64,000 nucleotides of DNA from Cyanobacteria bacterium J06626_4 (GTDB taxonomy: Bacteria; Cyanobacteriota; Cyanobacteriia; Phormidesmidales; Phormidesmidaceae). The DNA is taken from NCBI GenBank assembly GCA_038523235.1, contig JBCBJQ010000005.1, forward strand, positions 32,001 to 96,000. The letters are read 5' to 3'. Made by a program: the position numbers and the translations under genes. Positions 19,671-30,800 of this stretch are shown piece after piece. The notes under the pieces were generated by a model that was not told the origin of the DNA, made no database searches, and saw only the letters and a list, made by a program, of their open reading frames with translations. Positions within the stretch are counted from its first letter, which is position 1; the number at the start of each line of letters is the position of its first letter.

Positions 19671-21626
19671 ATGGACAAGCCGTCAGAGCGGGATGCAGGA
19701 GCGCCAAAGAGCGATGCGGAAGCGGCCAAAATTGATGTAGAGCCACCCAAAAGTGAGCCGGAAGCGCCCAAAAGTCGCAAATGGCTGTTGGGTAAGATCG
19801 GCTTTGGCTGCTTTGTGGTCGGCGCCGCTACGTCGGCAGCGCTCACCCTGGGCCCGCGATTTGCTCTCAGCAGTAGTGAAGCGGTTTCAGCCCCCAAAGT
19901 AGTGGGTTTGGGGCCCATCGCTCAGGATGTAAGTACCCAAGGTCTAGGCGCATTTCCCGGTGAGATCTCAGCCAGCTATCTCTGCCTGCCCCAGGCTAAG
20001 CCCCGTAACGCTAGCAGGGCAATTCCTCCGGCGATCGCTGACGGTCTCTTCAACCCGGCATTGAGTAATCTGCAAAGCGGCATCGACCCCGACATCGTGA
20101 ATCAGTTTAGGGCCGCCCCCTGGCCTAACATTCATGAAGCCGCTCGCCAGGCCCGTGTACCCATCTTGATGTACCACGACATCTTGGCTGAAAAGGAAGT
20201 CTTTTTTGATGTCACCGTCGAAGAATTTGAAGCCCATCTGGAACTCATTCAAGCCGCAGAGTTAACCCCCATTACCTTTGACCAGCTATATGATCACTTG
20301 CGGATGGGATCTCCCTTGCCGCCCAAACCCGTTTTGTTGACCTTTGATGATGGCTATGTGGGCCATTACACCCACGTCTATCCACTGCTCAAAAAATACC
20401 AGTATCCCGCTGTTTTCTCGCTCTTTACCGGCAAGCTAGATGGCGATATTGTGGGGCGTTCCACCGTTACGTGGGAGCAGGCCCAGGAGATGGCTGCTGA
20501 TCCGCTGATGACGATCGCCGCTCATAGCGTGATGCACCCCCGCGACCTGCGCGACCTCAGCGATGAAGAGCTGCAGGTAGAAGTGGTGGAATCGAAACAG
20601 CGTTTAGAGGCGCAGCTCGGCATTCCCATTCGCTACTTCACCTACCCTGAAGGCAACTATGACGAGCGAGTGGCTGACGCCGTGGCCGCTGCAGGCTATG
20701 ATGCCGCCCTCACCATGAGCAACGATCGCGAGTGGTTTGCCGGCGAATCGGATGATTTGCTCAGCATTGGTCGCTTTGGTCAGTCTCAGCTGGAGCGGGT
20801 GATTCCCGAAGCTTGGGAAGGCCTGGGAATGGACGTGGTAGGAGCAAACACGTTCGACTTTTACTCCCCTATTCGGGTGGTGGAGCGGCTCGAAATGGAG
20901 GAAGTGCCCCTCGCGCTCATCACGGGTGGCCGTCCGGCAACAGTCCACGCTGATAGCCGCTACCAACTCGAAGAGATTCTGGTGCGCACGAATGCGACGG
21001 CGGCGGTGGATGGGGCATTCTTTAACCTGCGGTATCTTGATTCCAACGTGATGATTGGGCCAGTGCTGAGTCAAGCAACGCAAACTTTTGTACCAGGCAA
21101 TCCCAGCGAAAATCCCCTGCTTGACGGTCGGCCTTTAGCCTTAATTAGCGCCGACGCCGTCAAATTTGTCCCCTTTGATCACGCTCAGCACAATACCCTC
21201 CGAGGCATTCAATCAGAGCTGTCGACTGTCACCGATGCGTTTGTCGGCGCCGCTTGGCTAGTGCGCGATGGCGAAGCTCAACCCGCATCTTCTTTTGGCA
21301 CCCTGTTTGATTTTGAAGCCTATCGCCATCGTGCCTTTTGGGGTATTAACAACGCTGGGCAACCCGTCATTGGTGTGACTAAAGGCCGCATCGATTCGGT
21401 GGCACTGGGCGAGCTGCTCCATCAAGTTGGATTTCGTGATGCCATGATGGTGGATTCTGGCGCCAGCACATCCCTGACCTATAAAGGCGAATCTCTAGTC
21501 GATTACACGCCCCGACCCGTACCCCATATGGTGGCGCTATTGCCAGAGGAAGAGGCGATCGGCGCTTGCCCGCTGGTCTTTGAACCCCCGACCAATGATG
21601 AGGATGACTGGGCCAACTCTTTTTAA
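19671..21626 (+). CDS. polysaccharide deacetylase (CE4) fused to a phosphodiester glycosidase-like domain
   Basis: N-terminal membrane anchor, PILMYHD, LTFDDGY, AHSVMH and FTYPEG; C-terminal AVDGAFF, HRAFWG and AMMVDSGAST. Confidence 0.85.
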   Translation: MDKPSERDAGAPKSDAEAAKIDVEPPKSEPEAPKSRKWLLGKIGFGCFVVGAATSAALTLGPRFALSSSEAVSAPKVVGLGPIAQDVSTQGLGAFPGEISASYLCLPQAKPRNASRAIPPAIADGLFNPALSNLQSGIDPDIVNQFRAAPWPNIHEAARQARVPILMYHDILAEKEVFFDVTVEEFEAHLELIQAAELTPITFDQLYDHLRMGSPLPPKPVLLTFDDGYVGHYTHVYPLLKKYQYPAVFSLFTGKLDGDIVGRSTVTWEQAQEMAADPLMTIAAHSVMHPRDLRDLSDEELQVEVVESKQRLEAQLGIPIRYFTYPEGNYDERVADAVAAAGYDAALTMSNDREWFAGESDDLLSIGRFGQSQLERVIPEAWEGLGMDVVGANTFDFYSPIRVVERLEMEEVPLALITGGRPATVHADSRYQLEEILVRTNATAAVDGAFFNLRYLDSNVMIGPVLSQATQTFVPGNPSENPLLDGRPLALISADAVKFVPFDHAQHNTLRGIQSELSTVTDAFVGAAWLVRDGEAQPASSFGTLFDFEAYRHRAFWGINNAGQPVIGVTKGRIDSVALGELLHQVGFRDAMMVDSGASTSLTYKGESLVDYTPRPVPHMVALLPEEEAIGACPLVFEPPTNDEDDWANSF

Positions 21627-22394
21627 TGCCTGGCGTCGCGTGACACCTCTGGGGACGCTATCTCTAAGCAGCTCTTAGCCCTTTGCCTCAGACTTCATTA
21701 GACTTCATTGCAGCGATAGCGTCACCTCGACTTGCTGAAACCAGGCGATAAATTGGGTTTCCTGCCTGCTCTGTTCTCCAGTATTGACACGATTCCAGGG
21801 GCTGCGATCGCTAGGGATTGCCCTGAAAATATCTTGGATGCGGTTCATCGCTTAAAGATTTCTCACACTTCATGAATGGTGGTACCAATAATTCCAACAA
21901 ATAATGTCGCCAGTGGCAACACTTGTTATAAAAGCAAGATAGGCTCATTACTAGAAAGGGATTGAGGGTTGGGCGGTTATGCTCTCGCGAGCGGCCTCTC
22001 TGTTGGCGAAGCAATCCGGTTCGCCAACAGCGCTTAATCGTTGCCTTGACGTGAATTCTGGTTGGGTTGGGGCTGAGCCTGGCACAGGCTAGATCTGTCT
22101 CTGTGCTTAGACTGCTGAATTTCGTCTGAGATTTGTCAGTGGGCAATAGGCTAGTTGCTCATCCTCTCATTACCAACTCCATCAAGGAAACAAAACAGCG
22201 ATTGTTTGTGCTCTCATTGCGCCATCTACTGGTGATAATCGGTAAACTTGCGCCAGAGGCGATGAGCTTCACAGAGTTAGTTCCAGTATCGCGATCGCCC
22301 AACCTAGTCGCATGATTCGAGTCACTTAACGCAACGCTATCAATGGGTGTATCACCTTTGAGGCATGTCCTCTCGTTCTGCATACACAGCAACC

Positions 22395-23693
22395 ATGCCC
22401 AGAACCTTTGATCAATCGTCAGGCACTCCTCAAGATAACTCGCAAAATGTTGACAGCACCCGAGCCCTGAGTGCTGTTGAGTTGAGTCAGATCTATATTC
22501 TGATCGACAGCATTTTGCCGTTTGAAGCCTGCCTTTACTACCAGGTGTTACCGCTGTTTGTCGAAGGATCTCGCCTCGTGGTCGGCAGGGTCAATCCAGA
22601 AGATCCAGGGGCTGCTGAGTATGTGACAAAACAGTTGTCGTACATTAACTACACCTTAGGCTTTCAAAAAATTTCGTCTGATGGGCACCGCGATTTGCTG
22701 TCTAAATACTTAAAGCACACGGCCAAACAGCGTCAACAGCCGGCTCAGCCAGCCTTGCCCCCCCCTCAGCCAGAAACGCCTCCGGTATCGGCTCACCCCG
22801 CAGCAACTCCGGCGACAACCCCCGCCCCTCGGAACCCCAACATTCAGCAAACGCTGATTATTGATCAACCCGAAGAAATCACTGATATGCAGCACGAGGT
22901 GGCGGCTCCCCAGCCGCCCGGCGTAGCCTCCCCTGCCACCTCCCCCGCAGGGCCTCCCCCCGCATCGAGATCGCAACGCGAAAACGTCAGATTAGGCCCC
23001 TTGTCTGACCCTGCCTTAGACTCCCAAGCGGCCCCACTAGAGTTACATCTAGAGAGTCATTATCGCGACCTGGATAGCGCTCATCTGGCAGCGTTAGAGC
23101 CGCAGCCGCTCATGCAGACCTTGCTGGTCAAAGTTTTGACCGAGGGCATCGGGCGGCTTTATTTTGAGCGGGGAGCCACGTCGAGCCGCATCCTGTGGAG
23201 TCGTGATGGCATTTTGCAAGCGGTGGTCGAGGCGATTGATGCCCAGACCTTTCAAGGGGTGATCAATGAATTCAAGCTGCTGATGCGTCTCTCGTTGATT
23301 TCCGTCACGAAGCCTAAACAGGTAGAAATCGAGCGGGCTTATGAGGGACAGCGGATTCTGTTGCGATTTCGAGTGATGCCAAGCGCCTACGGCGAAGAAG
23401 CTACAGTACAGGTTTTACGCGGCACGGCGCTACGTTTTTATCAGCAACAACAAATCGATCGATTGGGGCGTGATGCTCTGGATGCGGCCCAAATGTTGCA
23501 AACTCGACTCAACGAGATCCGCGATCGCGCCCGCAATTCCATTGATGCCAGGCCCGTGCAGACAGAAATTCTGCCCACGCTGATGCAGCTCTTGCGGCAG
23601 CTCGAAGCGCAGGTTGAGGAGATTAAAGCCTCCTATCAAGACGCCTCTAAATCATCAGACGACACTCCCAATCAGCCGACGCCTGACAATTAG
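22395..23693 (+). CDS. PilB/GspE N-terminal-domain-like protein lacking the ATPase domain
   Basis: LPFEACLYYQVLPL...LVVGRVNPED, a Pro-rich linker, then GIGRLYFER...ILWSRDG...LLRFRVMPSAYGEEATVQVLR; no Walker A seen. Confidence 0.7.
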   Translation: MPRTFDQSSGTPQDNSQNVDSTRALSAVELSQIYILIDSILPFEACLYYQVLPLFVEGSRLVVGRVNPEDPGAAEYVTKQLSYINYTLGFQKISSDGHRDLLSKYLKHTAKQRQQPAQPALPPPQPETPPVSAHPAATPATTPAPRNPNIQQTLIIDQPEEITDMQHEVAAPQPPGVASPATSPAGPPPASRSQRENVRLGPLSDPALDSQAAPLELHLESHYRDLDSAHLAALEPQPLMQTLLVKVLTEGIGRLYFERGATSSRILWSRDGILQAVVEAIDAQTFQGVINEFKLLMRLSLISVTKPKQVEIERAYEGQRILLRFRVMPSAYGEEATVQVLRGTALRFYQQQQIDRLGRDALDAAQMLQTRLNEIRDRARNSIDARPVQTEILPTLMQLLRQLEAQVEEIKASYQDASKSSDDTPNQPTPDN

Positions 23694-23858
23694 TAACGGT
23701 GCCCGATCAACCGACCCTGCCCAGCGTCCCAAGTTTTTGGCTGCTCGGTGCCGTTAATATCCGTCGTCAGATGCCGCCGTCGCTGGCTAGATCGGCTTGA
23801 CCGGGCTCCGCAACGCTCGTTCTGCTCTATATTCGAACTCCTTGAGGATAGCGTTGTC

Positions 23859-24572
23859 ATGCCTGTTGATACCTGGTTTCCCCTGGCGGTTTACTACGAA
23901 GACCTGCCGGATGCTGCTCAACATAAAGCGGGGCTGTTAGCCGCTGTGCTGCAATTAGAAGCCGCCGCGATCGCGCCACGCAACTTTCCCGAAATGGCCT
24001 GGACGGGTGACCTACATGGGGTACATCAGATCCACACTGACCCTCGCTTTCGCTGGCTGGTAACGCAGGTCGAAACCCATGTACGGCGCTATCTCATCCA
24101 GTTAGGGATTGATCTGAGCAAGGTCGAGCTGTACATTCAGCGGGCTTGGCCTGTCGTCTCTCGCCATCAGCAAGAAGTCGGCATCCATCAGCACAATACG
24201 GCCCATGTGAGTGCGGTTTACTACATCTCGGTACCGGCGTCAGGGAGCGACCTCTCTGGCTGTCTCGCATTTATTGATGATGTGCGGATGAATGAGGTCA
24301 GCCCAGGGCTGGGTAGTGAGAACACCGACATCATGGCCAAGTGGACGCCGCTCAACCAAGACCAAGCGCTATATTCCCCGGTTGAAGGTCGGCTGATTTT
24401 GTTCCCAGCGAAACAGCGACACGGCGTCACCCTCAATCATTCAGAAGAGAGCCGAGTGTCGGTGTCTTTTGATATTGTGCTCACTGCCGCCGCTGATAGC
24501 GCTGCGGGAGCCTATGAATTTTTGACGCCACCACCGACCCTGTGGCGGCGATTTTCTCAATCATCGCCTTGA
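23859..24572 (+). CDS. putative 2OG-Fe(II) oxygenase (TIGR02466-like)
   Basis: HQHNTAHVSAVYY, EGRLILFPAKQRHGV and RVSVSFD. Confidence 0.8.
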   Translation: MPVDTWFPLAVYYEDLPDAAQHKAGLLAAVLQLEAAAIAPRNFPEMAWTGDLHGVHQIHTDPRFRWLVTQVETHVRRYLIQLGIDLSKVELYIQRAWPVVSRHQQEVGIHQHNTAHVSAVYYISVPASGSDLSGCLAFIDDVRMNEVSPGLGSENTDIMAKWTPLNQDQALYSPVEGRLILFPAKQRHGVTLNHSEESRVSVSFDIVLTAAADSAAGAYEFLTPPPTLWRRFSQSSP

Positions 24573-24744
24573 GTCACTGAAGTCGAATCGGGCGATCGCG
24601 TAGGCAAGCACGCTGACACAACCAGCATCGAAACGCCAATAATCCGCGACGACTCCCCGCCTCAGATTTCGCTCGTGCCAATCATCCGCCGTTGCCCCAT
24701 CGTCCACCGTTGCTCCATCGTCGTCAAATCCAGCCTGCACTAGT

Positions 24745-24793
24745 CAACGTTGCCAGGCTCACCACCGGTATGGCGATGAGTCTGGCAACGTTG
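24745..24793. terminator. long hairpin between convergent genes
   Basis: caacgttgccaggctca ... tgagtctggcaacgttg (17-bp IR, one G-T pair). Confidence 0.65.
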
Positions 24794-24839
24794 CCGTCAG
24801 GTTTTGCCGTTCACCGCCAGCAGCAGTGAGCCCGTTGGC

Positions 24840-27800
24840 TTAGAACACAAAGCGACCTTCAAAACGACCAGTGCTCTCATAGTGCTGGAAGCCGCTGGTC
24901 AACGTTCCGGCACTCACGGCAGCGGCAATATCGGGGTTGAGCGCCAGATAGCTCGCTTCGTTGTAAAGCGAACTGGGGGCGCGGTTTTCCGTTTGGCCCA
25001 GTGCGATGAAATGGTCATAGCCGCTGCTGATGGTGCCGTTGGCGACGCCTGCCGCAATATCCGGGTTGTTGCTGAGATAGAAGCCGTCGTTATACAACGA
25101 CAGGCTAGGCAACCGGTTCTCTTCGGCTCCTGCGGTAATGTAGTGGTCAAAGGCACTTTCAAACACACCGTCGGCTACTGCACCAGCGACATCGGGGTTG
25201 GCCGCCAAATAATCGCTCTGGTCAAACAGCGCACTCGGGTCACGCCCCTCAATATGGCCACTGTTGAGGAAGTGCGCGAGGCCGCTGGCGACCCCCCCCG
25301 CGTTCACCGCTGCGGCAATATCCGGATTAGCGCTCAAATAGAAGGCTTCGTTATACAACACACTAGGGTTGCGACCTTCGTTAATACCAGCGGTGACAAA
25401 GTGTTGATAGCCTGACGACAACCCTCCGGCAGCGACTGCACTGGCTACATCGGGGTTTTGACTGAGGTAGAAGCTTTCGTCGTAGAGCTGAGCCAGAGGC
25501 AGGCCGCCAATTGTGTCTGCCGGAGCCACCGCTGCTGGATTTTGTTCCTGCAGGAAGCGCTCAAAGTCGAAGAACTCACTCTGCAGACCATTGATTTGAA
25601 TGCTGACTGTCGCCGTTGTCGTCAGTCCCTCATCATCCTGAATGGTGTAGCTAAAGCTATCGGTCGCTGTCCGACTTTGCGGCAGCGTGTTGAACGCGCC
25701 GTTGGGGTCATAGTTGAAGGTGCCATCGCCATTGCTGGTGACCACTCCTTGTGTGCCGCTGGCGTCAAAACCGGTCAGGGTAACGGGGCCACCTTCGGGG
25801 TCGCTGTCGTTGGCGAGTACGTTGGCCGTAACAAAGGCAGTCAACTCATTCGTGATGAAGCCGCCGCCGCTATCATTCACCGGAATCGGCGCATCGTTGA
25901 CACCAGTTACAGTAACTTTGACATCCGCCGTATCGGTGCCACCGTTGCCATCGCTGACCGTATAGCTAAAGATTTCCTCGGCAGTTTCGCCCCCTTTGAG
26001 CACTAAAGCTGGAATGTAGGTGAGGTCACCATCATTGATGATCACTTCGCCGGTGATACCCGTGGTGTCGACGCTTTCGATCGTCAACATATCGCCGTCA
26101 TCAATGTCGGTGTCATTCGCCAACACGTCGAGCGTGATCTCGGTCCCTTCGGTAGTGGCAAAGCCCGGATCAAGATCATCTGTTGCGACTGGAGCTTCAT
26201 TCGCTCCATTCACTAGGATGGTCACCGTTGCCGTATCCTCACCCCCCTTGCCATCGCTGATCGTATAGGTAAATTCTTCGTCGCGGGTTTCACCAACCGC
26301 TAGTGATTGATCGGCTGGAGCAGGCGTATAGGTAACCGAATTGTCATCGTTGAGGGTGACGATCGCATTTGTATCCAGCGTTACTGACCCGTTGGGAGCG
26401 ATCGCGTTGCCGTTAATCGCAGTCACCGTGAGCGTATCGTTATCGGGGTCAGTGTCATTCAGGGTGAGTACTGGCGTTGTGAGGTCTTGATTGTCATCGG
26501 TGACAAAGCCCTCGCTGCCTTCGCCGCCGTCATCCACGGCATCAGGTGGATCATTAACGCCGACAATCTCGACAGTGACATTGGCGGTGGCAGTGCCCCC
26601 ATTGCCATCACTAACGACATAGGTAAAGCTGTCTTCTACCGTTGCCCCCTGGGCTAACCCCCCAAATTGACCGTTGGGGTCGTAGGATAGCGTGCCGTCG
26701 GCCAACGCGGTGACCAAGGCCCCCGACTCTAGCGTCACGGCACCTGCGGTGACAGCTTGCCCCGCAATTTGGGTGACGGTCAGGGCATCGCCGTCTTCAT
26801 CGGTATCGTTAGCGATGACGCTCGCGGTGGTGAGAATGGTGTCGGCAGGCGTGCTGAAGTCGTCGCCCGCATCATCGACGGCGACGGGCGGATCGTTGAC
26901 GTTGATGAAGCCAGTAATCGTGACCGGGACTGCCTCTGTGGTCAATTCGCCATCACTAACGCTCACGCTGAACGAGGGCGGCGTTTCATCACCGTCATCA
27001 ACAAACTGAATTTGACCCGCCTCGACTTCTCCTTGGGTAAAGCTGGTGACGGGATTGACGGCATCAGGAGCAAGCGAAATAAATTCGCCGCCCACCAGCT
27101 CAGTGATGGTGAAAATCAAATCTTCGGCAGGGGTATCCGGATCCGTCGCCGACAGATTGTCGGTCATGAGGATGACCGGTGCCCCTTCTGTGACGGTGAG
27201 CTGAGAATTCTCTAGCGTGGGCGGGTCGTTGACGGGAATCAAATCTTCGACATTCGCCTGAACGGTCTCTTCGCCACCGTCTTGGTCTGACACCGTGATC
27301 TCAAAGGCGGGCTTTACTTCACCGCCATCGGGCAAAAAGTTGATGTCGCCGTCATTCAGCTCGGCCTGGGTAAAGGTAGTAATTGGTTGAGCGTTGAAAT
27401 CAAGGAATTCGCCGCCGACTACGCCATCACTAATGACATAGACCAACTCATCCGGGGGCGTCTCATCATCCGTTGCCTGGAGATTGATCACGCCCGTAGC
27501 TGGGTCGTTGAGGACGAGCCGTTCACCTTCAGTAAACGTAAACGTGTTGGTCTCGATCGCCGGAGCATCGTTGATCTGGTTCAGAATGACGGTGGCTGGG
27601 ACGGCTTCACTACTGCCGCCTTCGGGGTCACGTACCGTGACCGAGTACGTGGGGGCAATTTCGTCGCCATCGTCTTTGAAGGTCAATTCACCAAAGGCGA
27701 TCGCGGCACTGGTAAAGGTCTCTCCATCTACCAATTCTGTGCCATTCAGGAAGAAGGTGCCGCCGGTCACATCAGAAATCTCAAAGCGCAGCTGACTTTC

Positions 27801-30800
27801 CGTACTGTCGGGGTCGCTGGCCGCCAGATTTTCTTCGGCAGAGAAGGTGACTTCACCGCCTTCGTCAATGGTCAGGGCGTTGAGATCTAATGTGGGATCG
27901 TCGTTAACGTTGGTGAACCCGCCCTCAGGGATGAACGCCACAATCTGTTCACTATTGACAGGGCCATCCATCACCAACGGCGTATCAACCACCGTCAGGG
28001 TGTAGCTAGGAGCCTCTTCGCCCCCATCATGGACAAATTGAATGGTGCCACCGCTGATGTCAGCCTGAGTAAAGGTCTCACCCATGGCAATGGGGCCAAC
28101 CACTGTACCCAAATCAGTATCAAAGCGTTGAAAGCTGCCGTTGAGCACCTCATCAATGGTGTAGACCAGCTCTTCGGGGGGGGTTTCTTCATCCTGGGTG
28201 AACAGATTATCGGCATCCAGGGTGAGCGTTTCGCCTTCACTGATTTCTAGCAGGTTGGTGACTACTTGTGGGGGATCATTGTCGGCATTCAAAGCGATCA
28301 CCAGTGGCACATCCACCGCATTGACCTCACCGGCTTCCACCACTGCCGTATCAGTAACGATGGCGGTAATAATATTGGGAGCGGAGTTAGAGCCCCCGGC
28401 GACAAAGGCTACCTGGCCGTTGTTGACCTGCGCTTGGGTAAAGGTCACCTCAGCGGTAGTCTGCAGCACGCCATCGACTTCAAAACCGTCGAGCTGTTCA
28501 GGATCAGTGCTCTCAAGCACGATCGTATAGCGCAAATCTTCGGCCGCAGTTTCCCCTGCTTCATCGGTGGTGCTCAGCTCAGCCTCGGTAATGACCACCC
28601 GCTCACCTTCGCCGACGGTAATGGTGCTAGGCCCCACTATCGGCTCATCGTTTGTGGGGGTAAAGGTCACCCCGTCAAGATCCTGATCCGTAACGGAGAG
28701 CGGCTCTTCGCCATCGGCAGTCACTGTCAGGCTAAAGGTCGGTGCACTATTACCACCGTCGGATGCAAAGGCAATGATCGTGCCCGCATCAATATCCGCT
28801 TGAGTAAAGCTAAGGGCTGGCTGACCATCAGCCACCGTGATAAAGCTGCCGCCGGTCACAACATCAACGGTATAGAGAATCGCTGCTGGGTCAAGCGTTT
28901 CTTCGTCGATGACCGATAGCACCTCAGTCGTGACAGGCAGCGTATCTCCTTCAATCAGGGTGAATGACAGGGCCTGCAGCCTCAGCGGATCATTCTCGTC
29001 TTCAAAGGTTGCTACTAACGGCACGGGCACCTCGTTGGTGACACCCGCGATCTCGGTATCCGTCACGGTAACCGTCAGTTGGGGTTCAAAGCTAGAGCCC
29101 CCCTGCACAAAGGTCACCAAACCGGCGTTCACCTGAGCTTGGGTAAAGGTCACTTCATCAGTGGTCTGCAGCACACCGTCGATTTCAAAGCCGTCGGGCT
29201 GCTCGGGGTCAGTGTTGGCGATCGCCACCGTGTAGACCAAATCTTCGAGCGCCGTTTCTTCATCGGTGGTGCTCAGCACCGTGTCATTGATCAGGGTAGA
29301 CTCGCCTTCTTTAACTACAAAGTCGCCGACCACCACGATCGGTAGATCGTTCTCGGCGGTAAAGGTGACGCCTTGGTCACTCGTATCGGTCACAGTGATA
29401 GACGCGGTGCCATCCGTTACCGTCAGCTCAAAGGTCGGGGCATCGTTTAACCCGTCAGATTTGAAGTCGATCAGCCCCGCATCAATATCCGCCTGGGAAA
29501 ACGTACTGACTGCCATGCCATCAGCGGTGGTGACAAAATCACCCCCAGCCACCGTAACTACGGTGTAGAGAATTTGGTCAGGCGCAGTTTCTTCATCCGT
29601 CACTGACAGCACGTCAGCACTGAGAGGCACGGTATCCCCTTCGGTGAGGGTCAGCGACAGGGTTTGCAGTTCTAAAGGGTCATTAACTTCGTCTAGGGTC
29701 GCCACCAAGGGCACATCAATCGTGTTGACCCCACCGCCATCGACGATCGCCACATCTTTGACCGTCACCGTGAGGTTGGGGTCAAAGCTAGAGCCCCCCT
29801 GCACAAAGACCACCTCACCGGCATCGACCTGAGCTTGCGTAAAGGTCACTGTTGGCCCGGCTTGGGCAACACCGCCAATTTCAAAGCTGTCGCGCTGGTC
29901 GGGGTCTGCCGTGCTGTCAATCGTGACGGTATACTCCAACTGCTCGGCAGTGGCGTCTTGATCAGTTGTCGACAGGTTCTCAGAAGACAGGGTGATCGTT
30001 TTGTCTTCGGTCACGGTGAATGCCGCGTTGACCACCAAGGGCGGGTCATTGATCTGGGTAAAGCCCCCATCGGGAATGGTCACCGACACCGGGTCAGTCG
30101 TGATTGCCGTCGCCGGGTCACCGTTGATGCCATCATCGCTCACTGTCAGAGCGTAGTCAGGAGCATTAGAGGTGCCATCTTGCACAAATTGGATGAAGCC
30201 GCCATCAACTTCTGCCTGAGTAAAGGTATCGCCCACCACCAAGGTCACTGGCTCGGGCGTCAACCGCTGAAACTCACCATTGCTGACGCTCGTAATGGTG
30301 TAGGTCAGGGCATCGTCGGTCGACTCGCCTACTTCATCGGTGGCCTGCAGGTTCGTCTCGGTGCTGTTGAGGATGACGGTGCCGCCCTCTTCAATCGACA
30401 GCGTATTGGTGACGAATTGAGGGGCGTCGTTTTCGGCGGTGAAATCAACGGTGAAGTCAACATCCACCGAGGTCTCTGGATCGCTCAGGGTAACCGTCAA
30501 GGCGGGCTCAAAATTGGAACCGCCCTGCACAAACTCCACAAGATTGGCATCGATCTGCGCCTGGGTAAAGGTCACCTCAGACCCGGCTTGGGCGACGCCA
30601 TCAATAATGAAGCTGACAGGCTGTGCCGGATCTGCGGTGTTATCGATGACGACTTTATACACCAGTTGGTCAGCGGGGCTTTCGACATCCGTCGCGGCCA
30701 GATCGTCGGAGCCAATGGTGACCGTTGTGCCTTCGGTAACCGCGAGAGTACTGTTGGTGACGAGGGGCGGGTCATTGACCGGGGTGAAATCTTCGATGAT

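Noticed and set aside
21690..21709. 10-bp tandem duplication agacttcatt x2
   Set aside because: Could be a target-site scar, but there is no other evidence of a mobile element
21811..22392. Short ORFs in the gap before the PilB-like gene
   Set aside because: Mutually overlapping, with no motifs; more likely promoter DNA
24689..24722. 16-bp direct repeat ccgttgc(c/t)ccatcgtc
   Set aside because: Only two copies 2 bp apart; not a CRISPR array, and no cas genes are present
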